Source: Eledone cirrhosa (lineage: Eukaryota). Taken from it: a DNA stretch of 64,000 bases. The position numbers were made by a program, and so were the translations under genes. Each line of letters opens with the position of its first letter. Within the stretch, counting starts at the first letter, position 1. This document shows, piece after piece, positions 36,201-51,200 of this stretch. The stretch is from assembly GCA_964016885.1 (NCBI GenBank), contig OZ024743.1, forward strand, positions 325,066,001 to 325,130,000. The letters are read 5' to 3'. The notes beneath the pieces were generated by a model, which saw nothing but the letters and a program-made list of their open reading frames with translations, did not search any database and was not told the DNA's origin.

Positions 36201-39200
36201 GTTGTAGCTACAGACCTGTGTAGAGAGACAACAACAATATACAGTGTGATGTAGCTACAGACTTCTGTAGAGAGACAACAACAATATACAGTGTGTTGTA
36301 GCTACAGACCTCTGTAGAGAGACAACAACAACATACAGTGTGTTGTAGCTACAGACCTGTGTTGAGAGACAACAACAATATACAGTGTGTTGTAGCTACA
36401 GACTTCTGTAGAGAGACAACAACAATATACAGTGTGTTGTAGCTACAGACCTGTGTAGAGAGACAACAACAATATACAGTGTGTTGTAGCTACAGACATC
36501 TGTATAGAGACAACAACAATATACAGTGTGTTGTAGCTACAGACCTCTGTAGAGAGACAACAACAACATACAGTGTGTTGTAGCTACAGACCTGTGTTGA
36601 GAGACAACAACAATATACAGTGTGTTGTAGCTACAGACTTCTGTAGAGAGACAACAACAATATACAGTGTGTTGTAGCTACAGACCTGTGTAGAGAGACA
36701 ACAACAATATACAGTGTGATGTAGCTACAGACTTCTGTATAGAGACAACAACAATATACAGTGTGTTGTAGCTACAGACATCTGTATAGAGACAACAACA
36801 ATATACAGTGTGTTGTAGCTACAGACCTGTGTAGAGAGACAACAACAATATACAGTGTGTTGTAGCTACAGACCTCTGTAGAGAGACAGCAATATACAGT
36901 GTGTTGTAGCTACAGACCTCTGTAGAGAGACAACAACAATATACAGTGTGTTGTAGCTACAGACCTCTGTAGAGAGACAGCAATATACAGTGTGTTGTAG
37001 CTACAGACTTCTGTAGAGAGACAACAACAATATACAGTGTGATGTAGCTACAGACCTCTGTAGAGAGACAGCAATATACAGTGTGTTGTAGCTACAGACC
37101 TCTGTAGAGAGACAACAACAATATACAGTGTGTTGTAGCTACAGACCTCTGTAGAGAGACAACAACAATATACAGTGTGTTGTAGCTACAGACCTCTCTA
37201 GAGAGACAACAACAATATACAGTTGATGTAGCTACCGACCTCTGTAGAGAGACAACAACAATATACAGTGTGTTGTAGCTACAGACCTCTGTAGAGAGAT
37301 AACAACAATATACAGTGTGTTGTAGCTACAGACCTCTGTAGAGAGACAACAACAATATACAGTGGGTTGTAGCTACAGACCTCTGTATAGAGACAACAAC
37401 AATACACAGTGTGTTGTAGCTATAGCCTTCTGTAGAGAGACAACAACAATATACAGTGTGTTGTAGCTACAGACCTCTGTAGAGAGACAACACTATACAG
37501 TGTGTTGTAGCTACAGACTTCTGTAGAGAGACAACAACAACACACAGTGTGTTGTAGCTACAGATCTCTGTAGAGAGACAACAACAATATACAGTGTGTT
37601 GTAGCTACAGACCTCTGTAGAGAGACAACAACAATATACAGTGTGTTGTAGCTACAGACCTGTGTTGAGAGACAACAACAATATACAGTGTGTTGTAGCT
37701 ACGGACTTCTGTAGAGAGACAACAACAATATACAGTGTGTTGTAGCTACAGACCTGTGTAGAGAGACAACAACAATATACAGTGTGTTGTAGCTACAGAT
37801 CTCTGTAGAGAGACAACAACAATATACAGTGGGTTGTAGCTACAGACCTCTGTAGAGACAACAACAATATACAGTGTGTTGTAGCTACAGACCTCTGTAG
37901 AGAGACAACAACAATATACAGTGTGTTGTAGCTACAGACCTGTGTAGAGGGACAACAACAATATACAGTGTGTTGTAGCTACAGACCTCTGTAGAGAGAC
38001 AACAACAATATACAGTGTGTTGTAGCTACAGACATCTGTAGAGAGACAACAACAATATACAGTGTGTTGTAGCTACAGACCGCTGTAGAGAGACAACAAC
38101 AATATACAGTATGTTGTAGCTACAGACCTCTGTATTGAGACAACAATATACAGTGTGTTGTAGCTACAGACCTCTGTAGAGAGACAAAAATACACAGTGT
38201 GTTGTAGCTACAGACCTCTGTAGAGAGACAACAACAATATACAGTGTGTTGTAGCTACAGACCTCTGTAGAGAGACAACAACAATATACAGTGTGTTGTA
38301 GCTACAGACCTCTGTAGAGAGACAACAACAATATACAGTGTGTTGTAGCTACAGACCTGTGTAGAGAGACAACAACAATATACAGTGTGTTGTAGCTACA
38401 GACTTCTGTAGAGAGACAACAACAATATACAGTGTGTTGTAGCTACAGACCTGTGTAGATAGACAACAACAATATACAGTGTGTTGTAGCTACAGACCCC
38501 TGTAGAGAGACAACAATATACAGTGTGTTGTAGCTACAACCTCTGTAGAGAGACAATAATATACAGTGTGTTGTAGCTACAGACCTCTGTAGAGAGACAA
38601 CAACAATATACAGTGTGTTGTAGCTACAGACCTCTGTAGAGAGACAACAACAATATACAGTGTGTTGTAGCTACAGACCTCTGTAGAGAGACAACAACAA
38701 TATACAGTGTGTTGTAGCTACAGATCTCTGTAGAGAGACAACAACAATATACAGTGGGTTGTAGCTACAGACCTCTGTAGAGAGACAACAACAATATACA
38801 GTGTGTTGTAGCTACAGACCTCTGTAGAGAGACAACAACAATATACAGTGTGTTGTAGCTACAGACCTCTGTAGAGAGACAACAACAATATACAGTGTGT
38901 TGTAGCTACAGATCTCTGTAGAGAGACAACAACAATATACAGTGGGTTGTAGCTACAGACCTCTGTAGAGACAACAACAATATACAGTGTGTTGTAGCTA
39001 CAGACCTCTTTAGAGAGACAACAATTTACAGTGTGTTGTAGCTACAGACCTCTGTAGAGAGACAATAATATACAGTGTGTTGTAGCTACAGACCTCTGTA
39101 GAGAGACAACAATATACAGTGTGTTGTAGCTACAGACCTCTGTAGAGAGACAACAACAATATACAGTGTGTTGTAGCTACAGACATCTGTAGAGAGACAA

Positions 39201-42200
39201 CAACAATATTCAGTGTGTTGTAGCTACAGACCTCTGTAGAGAGACAACAACAATATACAGTGTGTTGTAGCTACAGACCTCTGTAGAGAGACAACAACAA
39301 TATACAGTGTGTTGTAGCTACAGACCTCTGTAGAGAGACAACAACAATATACAGTGTGTTGTAGCTACAGATCTCTGTAGGGAGACAATAATATACAGTG
39401 TGTTGTAGCTACAGACCTCTGTAGAGAGACAACAACAATACACAGTGTGTTGTAGCTACAGACCTCTGTAGAGAGACGACAACAATATACAGTGTGTTGT
39501 AGCTACAGACCTCTGTAGAGAGACAACAACAATATACAGTGTGTTGTAGCTACAGACCTCTGTAGAGAGACAACAACAATATACAGTGTGTTGTAGCTAC
39601 AGACCTCTGTAGAGAGACAACAACAATATACAGTGTGTTGTAGCTACAGACCTCTGTAGAGAGACAGCAATATACAGTGTGTTGTAGCTACAGACCTCTG
39701 TAGAGAGACAACAACAATATACAGTGAGTTTTAGCTACAGACCTCTGTAGAGAGACAACAACAATATACAGTGTGTTGTAGCTACAGACCGCTGTAGAGA
39801 GACAACAACAATATACAGTGTGTTGTAGCTACAGACCTCTGCATTGAGACAACAATATACAGTGTGTTGTAGCTACAGACCTCTGTAGAGAGACAACAAC
39901 AATATACAGTGTGTTGTAGCTACAGACCTCTGTAGAGAGACAATAATATACAGTGTGTTGTAGCTACAGACCTCTGTAGAGAGACAACAACAATATACAG
40001 TGTGTTGTAGCTACAGACCTCTGTAGAGAGACAACAACAATATACAGTGTGTTGTAGCTACAGACCTGTGTAGAGAGACAACAACAATATACAGTGTGTT
40101 GTAGCTACAGACTTCTGTAGAGAGACAACAACAATATACAGTGTGTTGTAGCTACAGACATCTGTAGAGAGACAACAACAATATACAGTGTGTTGTAGCT
40201 ACAGACCTGTGTAGAGAGACAACAGCAATATACAGTGTGTTGTAGCTACAGATCTCTGTAGAAAGACAACAACAATATACAGTGGGTTGTAGCTACAGAC
40301 CTCTGTAGAGACAACAACAATATACAGTGTGTTGTAGCTACAGACCTCTGTAGAGAGACAACAACAATATACAGTGTGTTGTAGCTACAGATCTCTGTAG
40401 AGAGACAACAACAATATACAGTGGGTTGTAGCTACAGACCTCTGTAGAGAGACAACAACAATATACAGTGTGTTGTAGCTACAGACCTCTTTAGAGAGAC
40501 AACAATATACAGTGTGTTGTAGCTACAGACCTCTGTAGAGAGACAATAATATACAGTGTGTTGTAGCTACAGACCTCTGTAGAGAGACAACAATATACAG
40601 TGTGTTGTAGCGACAGACCTCTGTAGAGAGACAACAACAATATACAGTGTGTTGTAGCTACAGACATCTATAGAGAGACAACAACAATTTACAGTGTGTT
40701 GTAGCTACAGACCTCTGTAGAGAGACAACAACAATATACAGTGTGTTGTAGCTACAGACCTCTGTAGAGAGACAACAACAATATACAGTGTGTTGTAGCT
40801 ACAGATCTCTGTAGAGAGACAACAACAATATACAGTGGGTTGTAGCTACAGACCTCTGTAGAGACAACAACAATATACAGTGTGTTGTAGCTACAGACCT
40901 CTTTAGAGAGACAACAATATACAGTGTGTTGTAGCTACAGACCTCTGTAGAGAGACAATAATATACAGTGTGTTGTAGCTACAGACCTCTGTAGAGAGAC
41001 AACAATATACAGTGTGTTGTAGCTACAGACCTCTGTAGAGAGACAACAACAATATACAGTGTGTTGTAGCTACAGACATCTGTAGAGAGACAACAACAAT
41101 ATACACTGTGTTGTAGCTACAGACCTCTGTAGAGAGACAACAACAATATACAGTGTGTTGTAGCTACAGACCTCTGTAGAGAGACAACAACAATATACAG
41201 TGTGTTGTAGCTACAGACCTCTGTAGAGAGACAACAACAATATACAGTGTGTTGTAGCTACAGATCCCTGTAGAGAGACGACAACAATATACAGTGTGTT
41301 GTAGCTACAGAACTCTGTAGAGAGACAACAACAATATACAGTGTGTTGTAGCTACAGACCTCTGTAGAGAGACAACAACAATATACAGTGTGTTGTAGCT
41401 ACAGACCTCTGTAGAGAGACAACAACAATATACAGTGTGTTGTAGCTACAGACCTCTGTAGAGAGACAGCAATATACAGTGTGTTGTAGCTACAGACCTC
41501 TGTAGAGAGACAACAATATACAGTGTGTTGTAGCTACAGACCTGTGTAGAGAGACAACAACAATATACAGTGTGTTGTAGCTACAGACCTCTGTAGAGAG
41601 ACAACAATATACAGTGTGTTGTAGCTACAGACCTGTGTAGAGAGACAACAACAATATACAGTGTGTTGTAGCTACAGACCTCTGTAGAGAGACAACAACA
41701 ATATACAGTGAGTTTTAGCTACAGACCTCTGTAGAGAGACAACAACAATATACAGTGTGTTGTAGCTACAGACCTCTGCATTGAGACAACAATATACAGT
41801 GTGTTGTAGCTACAGACCTCTGTAGAGAGACAACAACAATATACAGTGTGTTGTAGCTACAGACCTCTGTAGAGAGTCAATAATATACAGTGTGTTGTAG
41901 TTACAGACTTCTGTAGAGAGACAACAACAATATACAGTGTATTGTAGCTACAGACATCTGTAGAGAGACAACAACAATATACAGTGTGTTGTAGCTACAT
42001 ACCTGTGTAGAGAGACAACAGCAATATACAGTGTGTTGTAGCTACAGATCTCTGTAGAGAGACAACAACAATATACAGTGGGTTGTAGCTACAGACCTCT
42101 GTAGAGACAACAACAATATACAGTGTGTTGTAGCTACAGACCTCTGTAGAGAGACAACAATACACAGTGTGTTGTAGCTACAGACCTCTGTAGAGAGACA

Positions 42201-45200
42201 ACAACAATATACAGTGTGTTGTAGCTATAGACCTCTGTAGTGAGACAACAACAATATACAGTGTGTTGTAGCTACAGACCTCTGTAGAGAAACAACAACA
42301 ATATACAGTGTGATGTAGCTACAGACCTCTGTAGAGAGACAACAACAATATACAGTGTGTTGTAGCTACATACCTCTGTAGAGAGACAACAACAATATAC
42401 AGTGTGTTGTAGCTACATACCTCTGTAGAGAGACAACAACAATATACAGTGTGATGTAGCTACAGACCTCTGTAGAGAGACAACAACAATATACAGTGTG
42501 TTGTAGCTACAGACCTCTGTAGAGAGACAACAACAATATACAGTGGGTTGTAGCTACAGACCTCTGTAGAGAGACAACAACAATACACAGTGTGTTGTAG
42601 CTACAGACTTCTGTAGAGAGACAACAACAATATACAGTGTGTTGTAGCTACAGACCTCTGTAGAGAGACAACAACAACATACAGTGTGTTGTAGCTACAG
42701 ACCTGTGTTGAGAGACAACAACAATATACAGTGTGTTGTAGCTACAGACTTCTGTAGAGAGACAACAACAATATACAGTGTGTTGTAGCTACAGACCTGT
42801 GTAGAGAGACAACAACAATATACAGTGTGTTGTAGCTACAGACCTCTGTAGAGAGACAACAACAATATACAGTGTGTTGTAGCTACAGACTTCTGTAGAG
42901 AGACAACAACAATATACAGTGTGTTGTAGCTACAGACCTGTGTAGAGAGACAACAACAATATACAGTGTGTTGTAGCTACAGACCTCTGTAGAGAGACAG
43001 CAATATACAGTGTGTTGTAGCTACAGACCTCTGTAGAGAGACAACAACAATATACAGTGTGTTGTAGCTACAGACCTCTGTAGAGAGACAGCAATATACA
43101 GTGTGTTGTAGCTACAGACTTCTGTAGAGAGACAACAACAATATACAGTGTGATGTAGCTACAGACCTCTGTAGAGAGACAACAACAATATACAGTGTGT
43201 TGTAGCTACAGACCTCTGTAGAGAGACAACAACAATATACAGTTGATGTAGCTACCGACCTCTGTAGAGAGACAACAACAATATACAGTGTGTTGTAGCT
43301 ACAGACCTCTGTAGAGAGACAACAACAATATACAGTTGATGTAGCTACCGACCTCTGTAGAGAGACAACAACAATACACAGTGTGTTGTAGCTACAGACC
43401 TCTGTAGAGAGACAACAACAATATACAGTGGGTTGTAGCTACCGACCTCTGTAGAGAGACAACAACAATATACAGTGTGTTGTAGCTACAGACCTCTGTA
43501 GAGAGACAACAACAATATACAGTGGGTTGTAGCTACCGACCTCTGTAGAGAGACAACAACAATACACAGTGTGTTGTAGCTATAGCCTTCTGTAGAGAGA
43601 CAACAACAATATACAGTGTGTTGTAGCTACAGACCTCTGTAGAGAGACAACACTATACAGTGTGTTGTAGCTACCGACCTCTGTAGAGAGACAACAACAA
43701 TATACAGTGTGTTGTAGCTACAGACCTCTGTAGAGAGACAACAACAATATACAGTGGGTTGTAGCTACCGACCTCTGTAGAGAGACAACAACAATACACA
43801 GTGTGTTGTAGCTATAGCCTTCTGTAGAGAGACAACAACAATATACAGTGTGTTGTAGCTACAGACCTCTGTAGAGAGACAACACTATACAGTGTGTTGT
43901 AGCTACAGATCTCTGTAGAGAGACAACAACAATATACAGTGTGTTGTAGCTACAGACCTCTGTAGAGAGACAACAACAATATACAGTGTGTTGTAGCTAC
44001 AGACCTGTGTTGAGAGACAACAACAATATACAGTGTGTTGTAGCTACGGACTTCTGTAGAGAGACAACAACAATATACAGTGTGTTGTAGCTACAGACCT
44101 GTGTAGAGAGACAACAACAATATACAGTGTGTTGTAGCTACAGATCTCTGTAGAGAGACAACAACAATATACAGTGGGTTGTAGCTACAGACCTCTGTAG
44201 AGACAACAACAATATACAGTGTGTTGTAGCTACAGACCTCTGTAGAGAGACAACAACAATATACAGTGTGTTGTAGCTACAGACCTGTGTAGAGGGACAA
44301 CAACAATATACAGTGTGTTGTAGCTACAGACCTCTGTAGAGAGACAACAACAATATACAGTGTGTTGTAGCTACAGACATCTGTAGAGAGACAACAACAA
44401 TATACAGTGTGTTGTAGCTACAGACCGCTGTAGAGAGACAACAACAATATACAGTATGTTGTAGCTACAGACCTCTGTATTGAGACAACAATATACAGTG
44501 TGTTGTAGCTACAGACCTCTGTAGAGAGACAACAATACACAGTGTGTTGTAGCTACAGACCTCTGTAGAGAGACAACAACAATATACAGTGTGTTGTAGC
44601 TACAGACCTCTGTAGAGAGACAACAACAATATACAGTGTGTTGTAGCTACAGACCTCTGTAGAGAGACAACAACAATATACAGTGTGTTGTAGCTACAGA
44701 CCTGTGTAGAGAGACAACAACAATATACAGTGTGTTGTAGCTACAGACTTCTGTAGAGAGACAACAACAATATACAGTGTGTTGTAGCTACAGACCTGTG
44801 TAGATAGACAACAACAATATACAGTGTGTTGTAGCTACAGACCTCTGTAGAGAGACAACAATATACAGTGTGTTGTAGCTACAACCTCTGTAGAGAGACA
44901 ATAATATACAGTGTGTTGTAGCTACAGACCTCTGTAGAGAGACAACAACAATATACAGTGTGTTGTAGCTACAGACCTCTGTAGAGAGACAACAACAATA
45001 TACAGTGTGTTGTAGCTACAGACCTCTGTAGAGAGACAACAACAATATACAGTGTGTTGTAGCTACAGATCTCTGTAGAGAGACAACAACAATATACAGT
45101 GGGTTGTAGCTACAGACCTCTGTAGAGAGACAACAACAATATACAGTGTGTTGTAGCTACAGACCTCTGTAGAGAGACAACAACAATATACAGTGTGTTG

Positions 45201-48200
45201 TAGCTACAGACCTCTGTAGAGAGACAACAACAATATACAGTGTGTTGTAGCTACAGATCTCTGTAGAGAGACAACAACAATATACAGTGGGTTGTAGCTA
45301 CAGACCTCTGTAGAGACAACAACAATATACAGTGTGTTGTAGCTACAGACCTCTTTAGAGAGACAACAATTTACAGTGTGTTGTAGCTACAGACCTCTGT
45401 AGAGAGACAATAATATACAGTGTGTTGTAGCTACAGACCTCTGTAGAGAGACAACAATATACAGTGTGTTGTAGCTACAGACCTCTGTAGAGAGACAACA
45501 ACAATATACAGTGTGTTGTAGCTACAGACATCTGTAGAGAGACAACAACAATATTCAGTGTGTTGTAGCTACAGACCTCTGTAGAGAGACAACAACAATA
45601 TACAGTGTGTTGTAGCTACAGACCTCTGTAGAGAGACAACAACAATATACAGTGTGTTGTAGCTACAGACCTCTGTAGAGAGACAACAACAATATACAGT
45701 GTGTTGTAGCTACAGATCTCTGTAGGGAGACAATAATATACAGTGTGTTGTAGCTACAGACCTCTGTAGAGAGACAACAACAATACACAGTGTGTTGTAG
45801 CTACAGACCTCTGTAGAGAGACGACAACAATATACAGTGTGTTGTAGCTACAGACCTCTGTAGAGAGACAACAACAATATACAGTGTGTTGTAGCTACAG
45901 ACCTCTGTAGAGAGACAACAACAATATACAGTGTGTTGTAGCTACAGACCTCTGTAGAGAGACAACAACAATATACAGTGTGTTGTAGCTACAGACCTCT
46001 GTAGAGAGACAGCAATATACAGTGTGTTGTAGCTACAGACCTCTGTAGAGAGACAACAACAATATACAGTGAGTTTTAGCTACAGACCTCTGTAGAGAGA
46101 CAACAACAATATACAGTGTGTTGTAGCTACAGACCGCTGTAGAGAGACAACAACAATATACAGTGTGTTGTAGCTACAGACCTCTGCATTGAGACAACAA
46201 TATACAGTGTGTTGTAGCTACAGACCTCTGTAGAGAGACAACAACAATATACAGTGTGTTGTAGCTACAGACCTCTGTAGAGAGACAATAATATACAGTG
46301 TGTTGTAGCTACAGACCTCTGTAGAGAGACAACAACAATATACAGTGTGTTGTAGCTACAGACCTCTGTAGAGAGACAACAACAATATACAGTGTGTTGT
46401 AGCTACAGACCTGTGTAGAGAGACAACAACAATATACAGTGTGTTGTAGCTACAGACTTCTGTAGAGAGACAACAACAATATACAGTGTGTTGTAGCTAC
46501 AGACATCTGTAGAGAGACAACAACAATATACAGTGTGTTGTAGCTACAGACCTGTGTAGAGAGACAACAGCAATATACAGTGTGTTGTAGCTACAGATCT
46601 CTGTAGAAAGACAACAACAATATACAGTGGGTTGTAGCTACAGACCTCTGTAGAGACAACAACAATATACAGTGTGTTGTAGCTACAGACCTCTGTAGAG
46701 AGACAACAACAATATACAGTGTGTTGTAGCTACAGATCTCTGTAGAGAGACAACAACAATATACAGTGGGTTGTAGCTACAGACCTCTGTAGAGAGACAA
46801 CAACAATATACAGTGTGTTGTAGCTACAGACCTCTTTAGAGAGACAACAATATACAGTGTGTTGTAGCTACAGACCTCTGTAGAGAGACAATAATATACA
46901 GTGTGTTGTAGCTACAGACCTCTGTAGAGAGACAACAATATACAGTGTGTTGTAGCGACAGACCTCTGTAGAGAGACAACAACAATATACAGTGTGTTGT
47001 AGCTACAGACATCTATAGAGAGACAACAACAATTTACAGTGTGTTGTAGCTACAGACCTCTGTAGAGAGACAACAACAATATACAGTGTGTTGTAGCTAC
47101 AGACCTCTGTAGAGAGACAACAACAATATACAGTGTGTTGTAGCTACAGATCTCTGTAGAGAGACAACAACAATATACAGTGGGTTGTAGCTACAGACCT
47201 CTGTAGAGACAACAACAATATACAGTGTGTTGTAGCTACAGACCTCTTTAGAGAGACAACAATATACAGTGTGTTGTAGCTACAGACCTCTGTAGAGAGA
47301 CAATAATATACAGTGTGTTGTAGCTACAGACCTCTGTAGAGAGACAACAACAATATACAGTGTGTTGTAGCTACAGACATCTGTAGAGAGACAACAACAA
47401 TATACACTGTGTTGTAGCTACAGACCTCTGTAGAGAGACAACAACAATATACAGTGTGTTGTAGCTACAGACCTCTGTAGAGAGACAACAACAATATACA
47501 GTGTGTTGTAGCTACAGACCTCTGTAGAGAGACAACAACAATATACAGTGTGTTGTAGCTACAGATCCCTGTAGAGAGACGACAACAATATACAGTGTGT
47601 TGTAGCTACAGAACTCTGTAGAGAGACAACAACAATATACAGTGTGTTGTAGCTACAGACCTCTGTAGAGAGACAACAACAATATACAGTGTGTTGTAGC
47701 TACAGACCTCTGTAGAGAGACAACAACAATATACAGTGTGTTGTAGCTACAGACCTCTGTAGAGAGACAGCAATATACAGTGTGTTGTAGCTACAGACCT
47801 CTGTAGAGAGACAACAATATACAGTGTGTTGTAGCTACAGACCTGTGTAGAGAGACAACAACAATATACAGTGTGTTGTAGCTACAGACCTCTGTAGAGA
47901 GACAACAATATACAGTGTGTTGTAGCTACAGACCTGTGTAGAGAGACAACAACAATATACAGTGTGTTGTAGCTACAGACCTCTGTAGAGAGACAACAAC
48001 AATATACAGTGAGTTTTAGCTACAGACCTCTGTAGAGAGACAACAACAATATACAGTGTGTTGTAGCTACAGACCTCTGCATTGAGACAACAATATACAG
48101 TGTGTTGTAGCTACAGACCTCTGTAGAGAGACAACAACAATATACAGTGTGTTGTAGCTACAGACCTCTGTAGAGAGTCAATAATATACAGTGTGTTGTA

Positions 48201-51200
48201 GCTACAGACTTCTGTAGAGAGACAACAACAATATACAGTGTATTGTAGCTACAGACATCTGTAGAGAGACAACAACAATATACAGTGTGTTGTAGCTACA
48301 TACCTGTGTAGAGAGACAACAGCAATATACAGTGTGTTGTAGCTACAGATCTCTGTAGAGAGACAACAATAATATACAGTGGGTTGTAGCTACAGACCTC
48401 TGTAGAGACAACAACAATATACAGTGTGTTGTAGCTACAGACCTCTGTAGAGAGACAACAATACACAGTGTGTTGTAGCTACAGACCTCTGTAGAGAGAC
48501 AACAACAATATACAGTGTGTTGTAGCTACAGACCTCTGTAGAGAGACAACAACAATATACAGTGTGTTGTAGCTACAGACCTCTGTAGAGAGACAACAAC
48601 AATATACAGTGTGTTGTAGCTACAGACCTGTGTAGAGAGACAACAACAATATACAGTGTGTTGTAGCTACAGACATCTGTAGAGAGACAACAACAATATA
48701 CAGTGTGTTGTAGCTACAGACCTGTGTAGAGAGACAACAACAATATACAGTGTGTTGTAGCTACAAATCTCTGTAGAGAGACAACAACAATATACAGTGG
48801 GTTGTAGCTACAGACCTCTGTAGAGACAACAACAATATACAGTGTGTTGTAGCTATAGACCTCTGTAGAGAGACAACAATATACAGTGTGTTGTAGCTAC
48901 AGACCTCTGTAGAGAGGCAATAATATACAGTGTGTTGTAGCTACAGACCTCTGTAGAGAGACAACAACAATATACAGTGTGTTGTAGCTACAGACCTCTG
49001 TAGAGAGACAATAATATACAGTGTGTTGTAGCTACAGACCTCTGTAGAGAGACAACAACAATATACAGTGTGTTGTAGCTACAGACCTGTGTAGAGAGAC
49101 AACAACAATATACAGTGTGTTGTAGCTACAGACCTGTGTAGAGAGACAACAACAATATACAGTGTGTTGTAGCTACAGACCTCTGTAGAGAGACAATAAT
49201 ATACAGTGTGTTGTAGCTACAGACCTCTGTAGGGAGACAACAACAACATACAGTGTGTTGTAGCTACAGACCTCTGTAGAGAGACAACAACAATATACAG
49301 TGTGTTGTAGCTACAGACCTCTGTAGAGAGACAACAACAATATACAGTGTGTTGTAGCTACAGATCTCTGTAGAGAGACAACAACAATATACAGTGGGTT
49401 GTAGCTACAGACTTCTGTAGAGAGACAACAACAATATACAGTGTGTTGTAGCTACAGACCTCTGTAGAGAGACAACAACAATATACAGTGTGTTGTAGCT
49501 ACAGACCTCTGTAGAGAGACAGCAATATACAGTGTGTTGTAGCTACAGACCTCTGTAGAGAGACAACAATATACAGTGTGTTGTAGCTACAGACCTCTGT
49601 AGAGAGACAACAACAATATACAGTGTGTTGTAGCTACAGATCTCTGTAGAGAGACAACAACAATATACAGTGTGTTGTAGCTACAGACCTCTGTAGAGAG
49701 ACAACAACAATATACAGTGTGTTGTAGCTACAGACCTCTGTAGAGAGACAACAACAATATACAGTGTGTTGTAGCTACAGACCTCTGTAGAGAGACAACA
49801 ACAATATACAGTGTGTTGTAGCTACAGACCTGTGTAGAGAGACAACAACAATATACAGTGTGTTGTAGCTACAGACATCTGTAGAGAGACAACAACAATA
49901 TACAGTGTGTTGTAGCTACAGACCTGTGTAGAGAGACAACAACAATATACAGTGTGTTGTAGCTACAGATCTCTGTAGAGAGACAACAACAATATACAGT
50001 GGGTTGTAGCTACAGACCTCTGTAGAGACAACAACAATATACAGTGTGTTGTAGCTACAGACCTCTGTAGAGAGACAACAATATACAGTGTGTTGTAGCT
50101 ACAGACCTCTGTAGAGAGGCAATAATATACAGTGTGTTGTAGCTACAGACCTCTGTAGAGAGACAACAACAATATACAGTGTGTTGTAGCTACAGACCTC
50201 TTTAGAGAGACAATAATATACAGTGTGTTGTAGCTACAGACCTCTGTAGAGAGACAATAATATACAGTGTGTTGTAGCTACAGACCTCTGTAGAGAGACA
50301 ACAATATACAGTGTGTTGTAGCTACAGACCTCTGTAGAGAGACAACAACAATATACAGTGTGTTGTAGCTACAGACATCTGTAGAGAGACAACAACAATA
50401 TACACTGTGTTGTAGCTACAGACCTCTGTAGAGAGACAACAACAATATACAGTGTGTTGTAGCTACAGACCTCTGTAGAGAGACAACAACAATATACAGT
50501 GTGTTGTAGCTACAGACCTCTGTAGAGAGACAACAACAATATACAGTGTGTTGTAGCTACAGATCCCTGTAGAGAGACGACAACAATATACAGTGTGTCG
50601 TAGCTACAGACCTCTGTAGAGAGACAACAACAATATACAGTGTGTTGTAGCTACAGACCTCTGTAGAGAGACAACAACAATATACAGTGTGTTGTAGCTA
50701 CAGACCTCTGTAGAGAGACAACATCAATATACAGTGTGTTGTAGCTACAGACCTCTGTAGAGAGACAGCAATATACAGTGTGTTGTAGCTACAGACCTCT
50801 GTAGAGAGACAACAATATACAGTGTGTTGTAGCTACAGACCTGTGTAGAGAGACAACAACAATATACAGTGTGTTGTAGCTACAGACCTGTGTAGAGAGA
50901 CAACAACAATATACAGTGTGTTGTAGCTACAGACCTCTGTAGAGAGACAACAACAATATACAGTGAGTTTTAGCTACAGACCTCTGTAGAGAGACAACAA
51001 CAATATACAGTGTGTTGTAGCTACAGACCTCTGCATTGAGACAACAATATACAGTGTGTTGTAGCTACAGACCTCTGTAGAGAGACAACAACAATATACA
51101 GTGTGTTGTAGCTACAGACCTCTGTAGAGAGACAACAACAATATACAGTGTGTTGTAGCTACAGACCTCTGTAGAGAGACAACACTATACAGTGTGTTGT

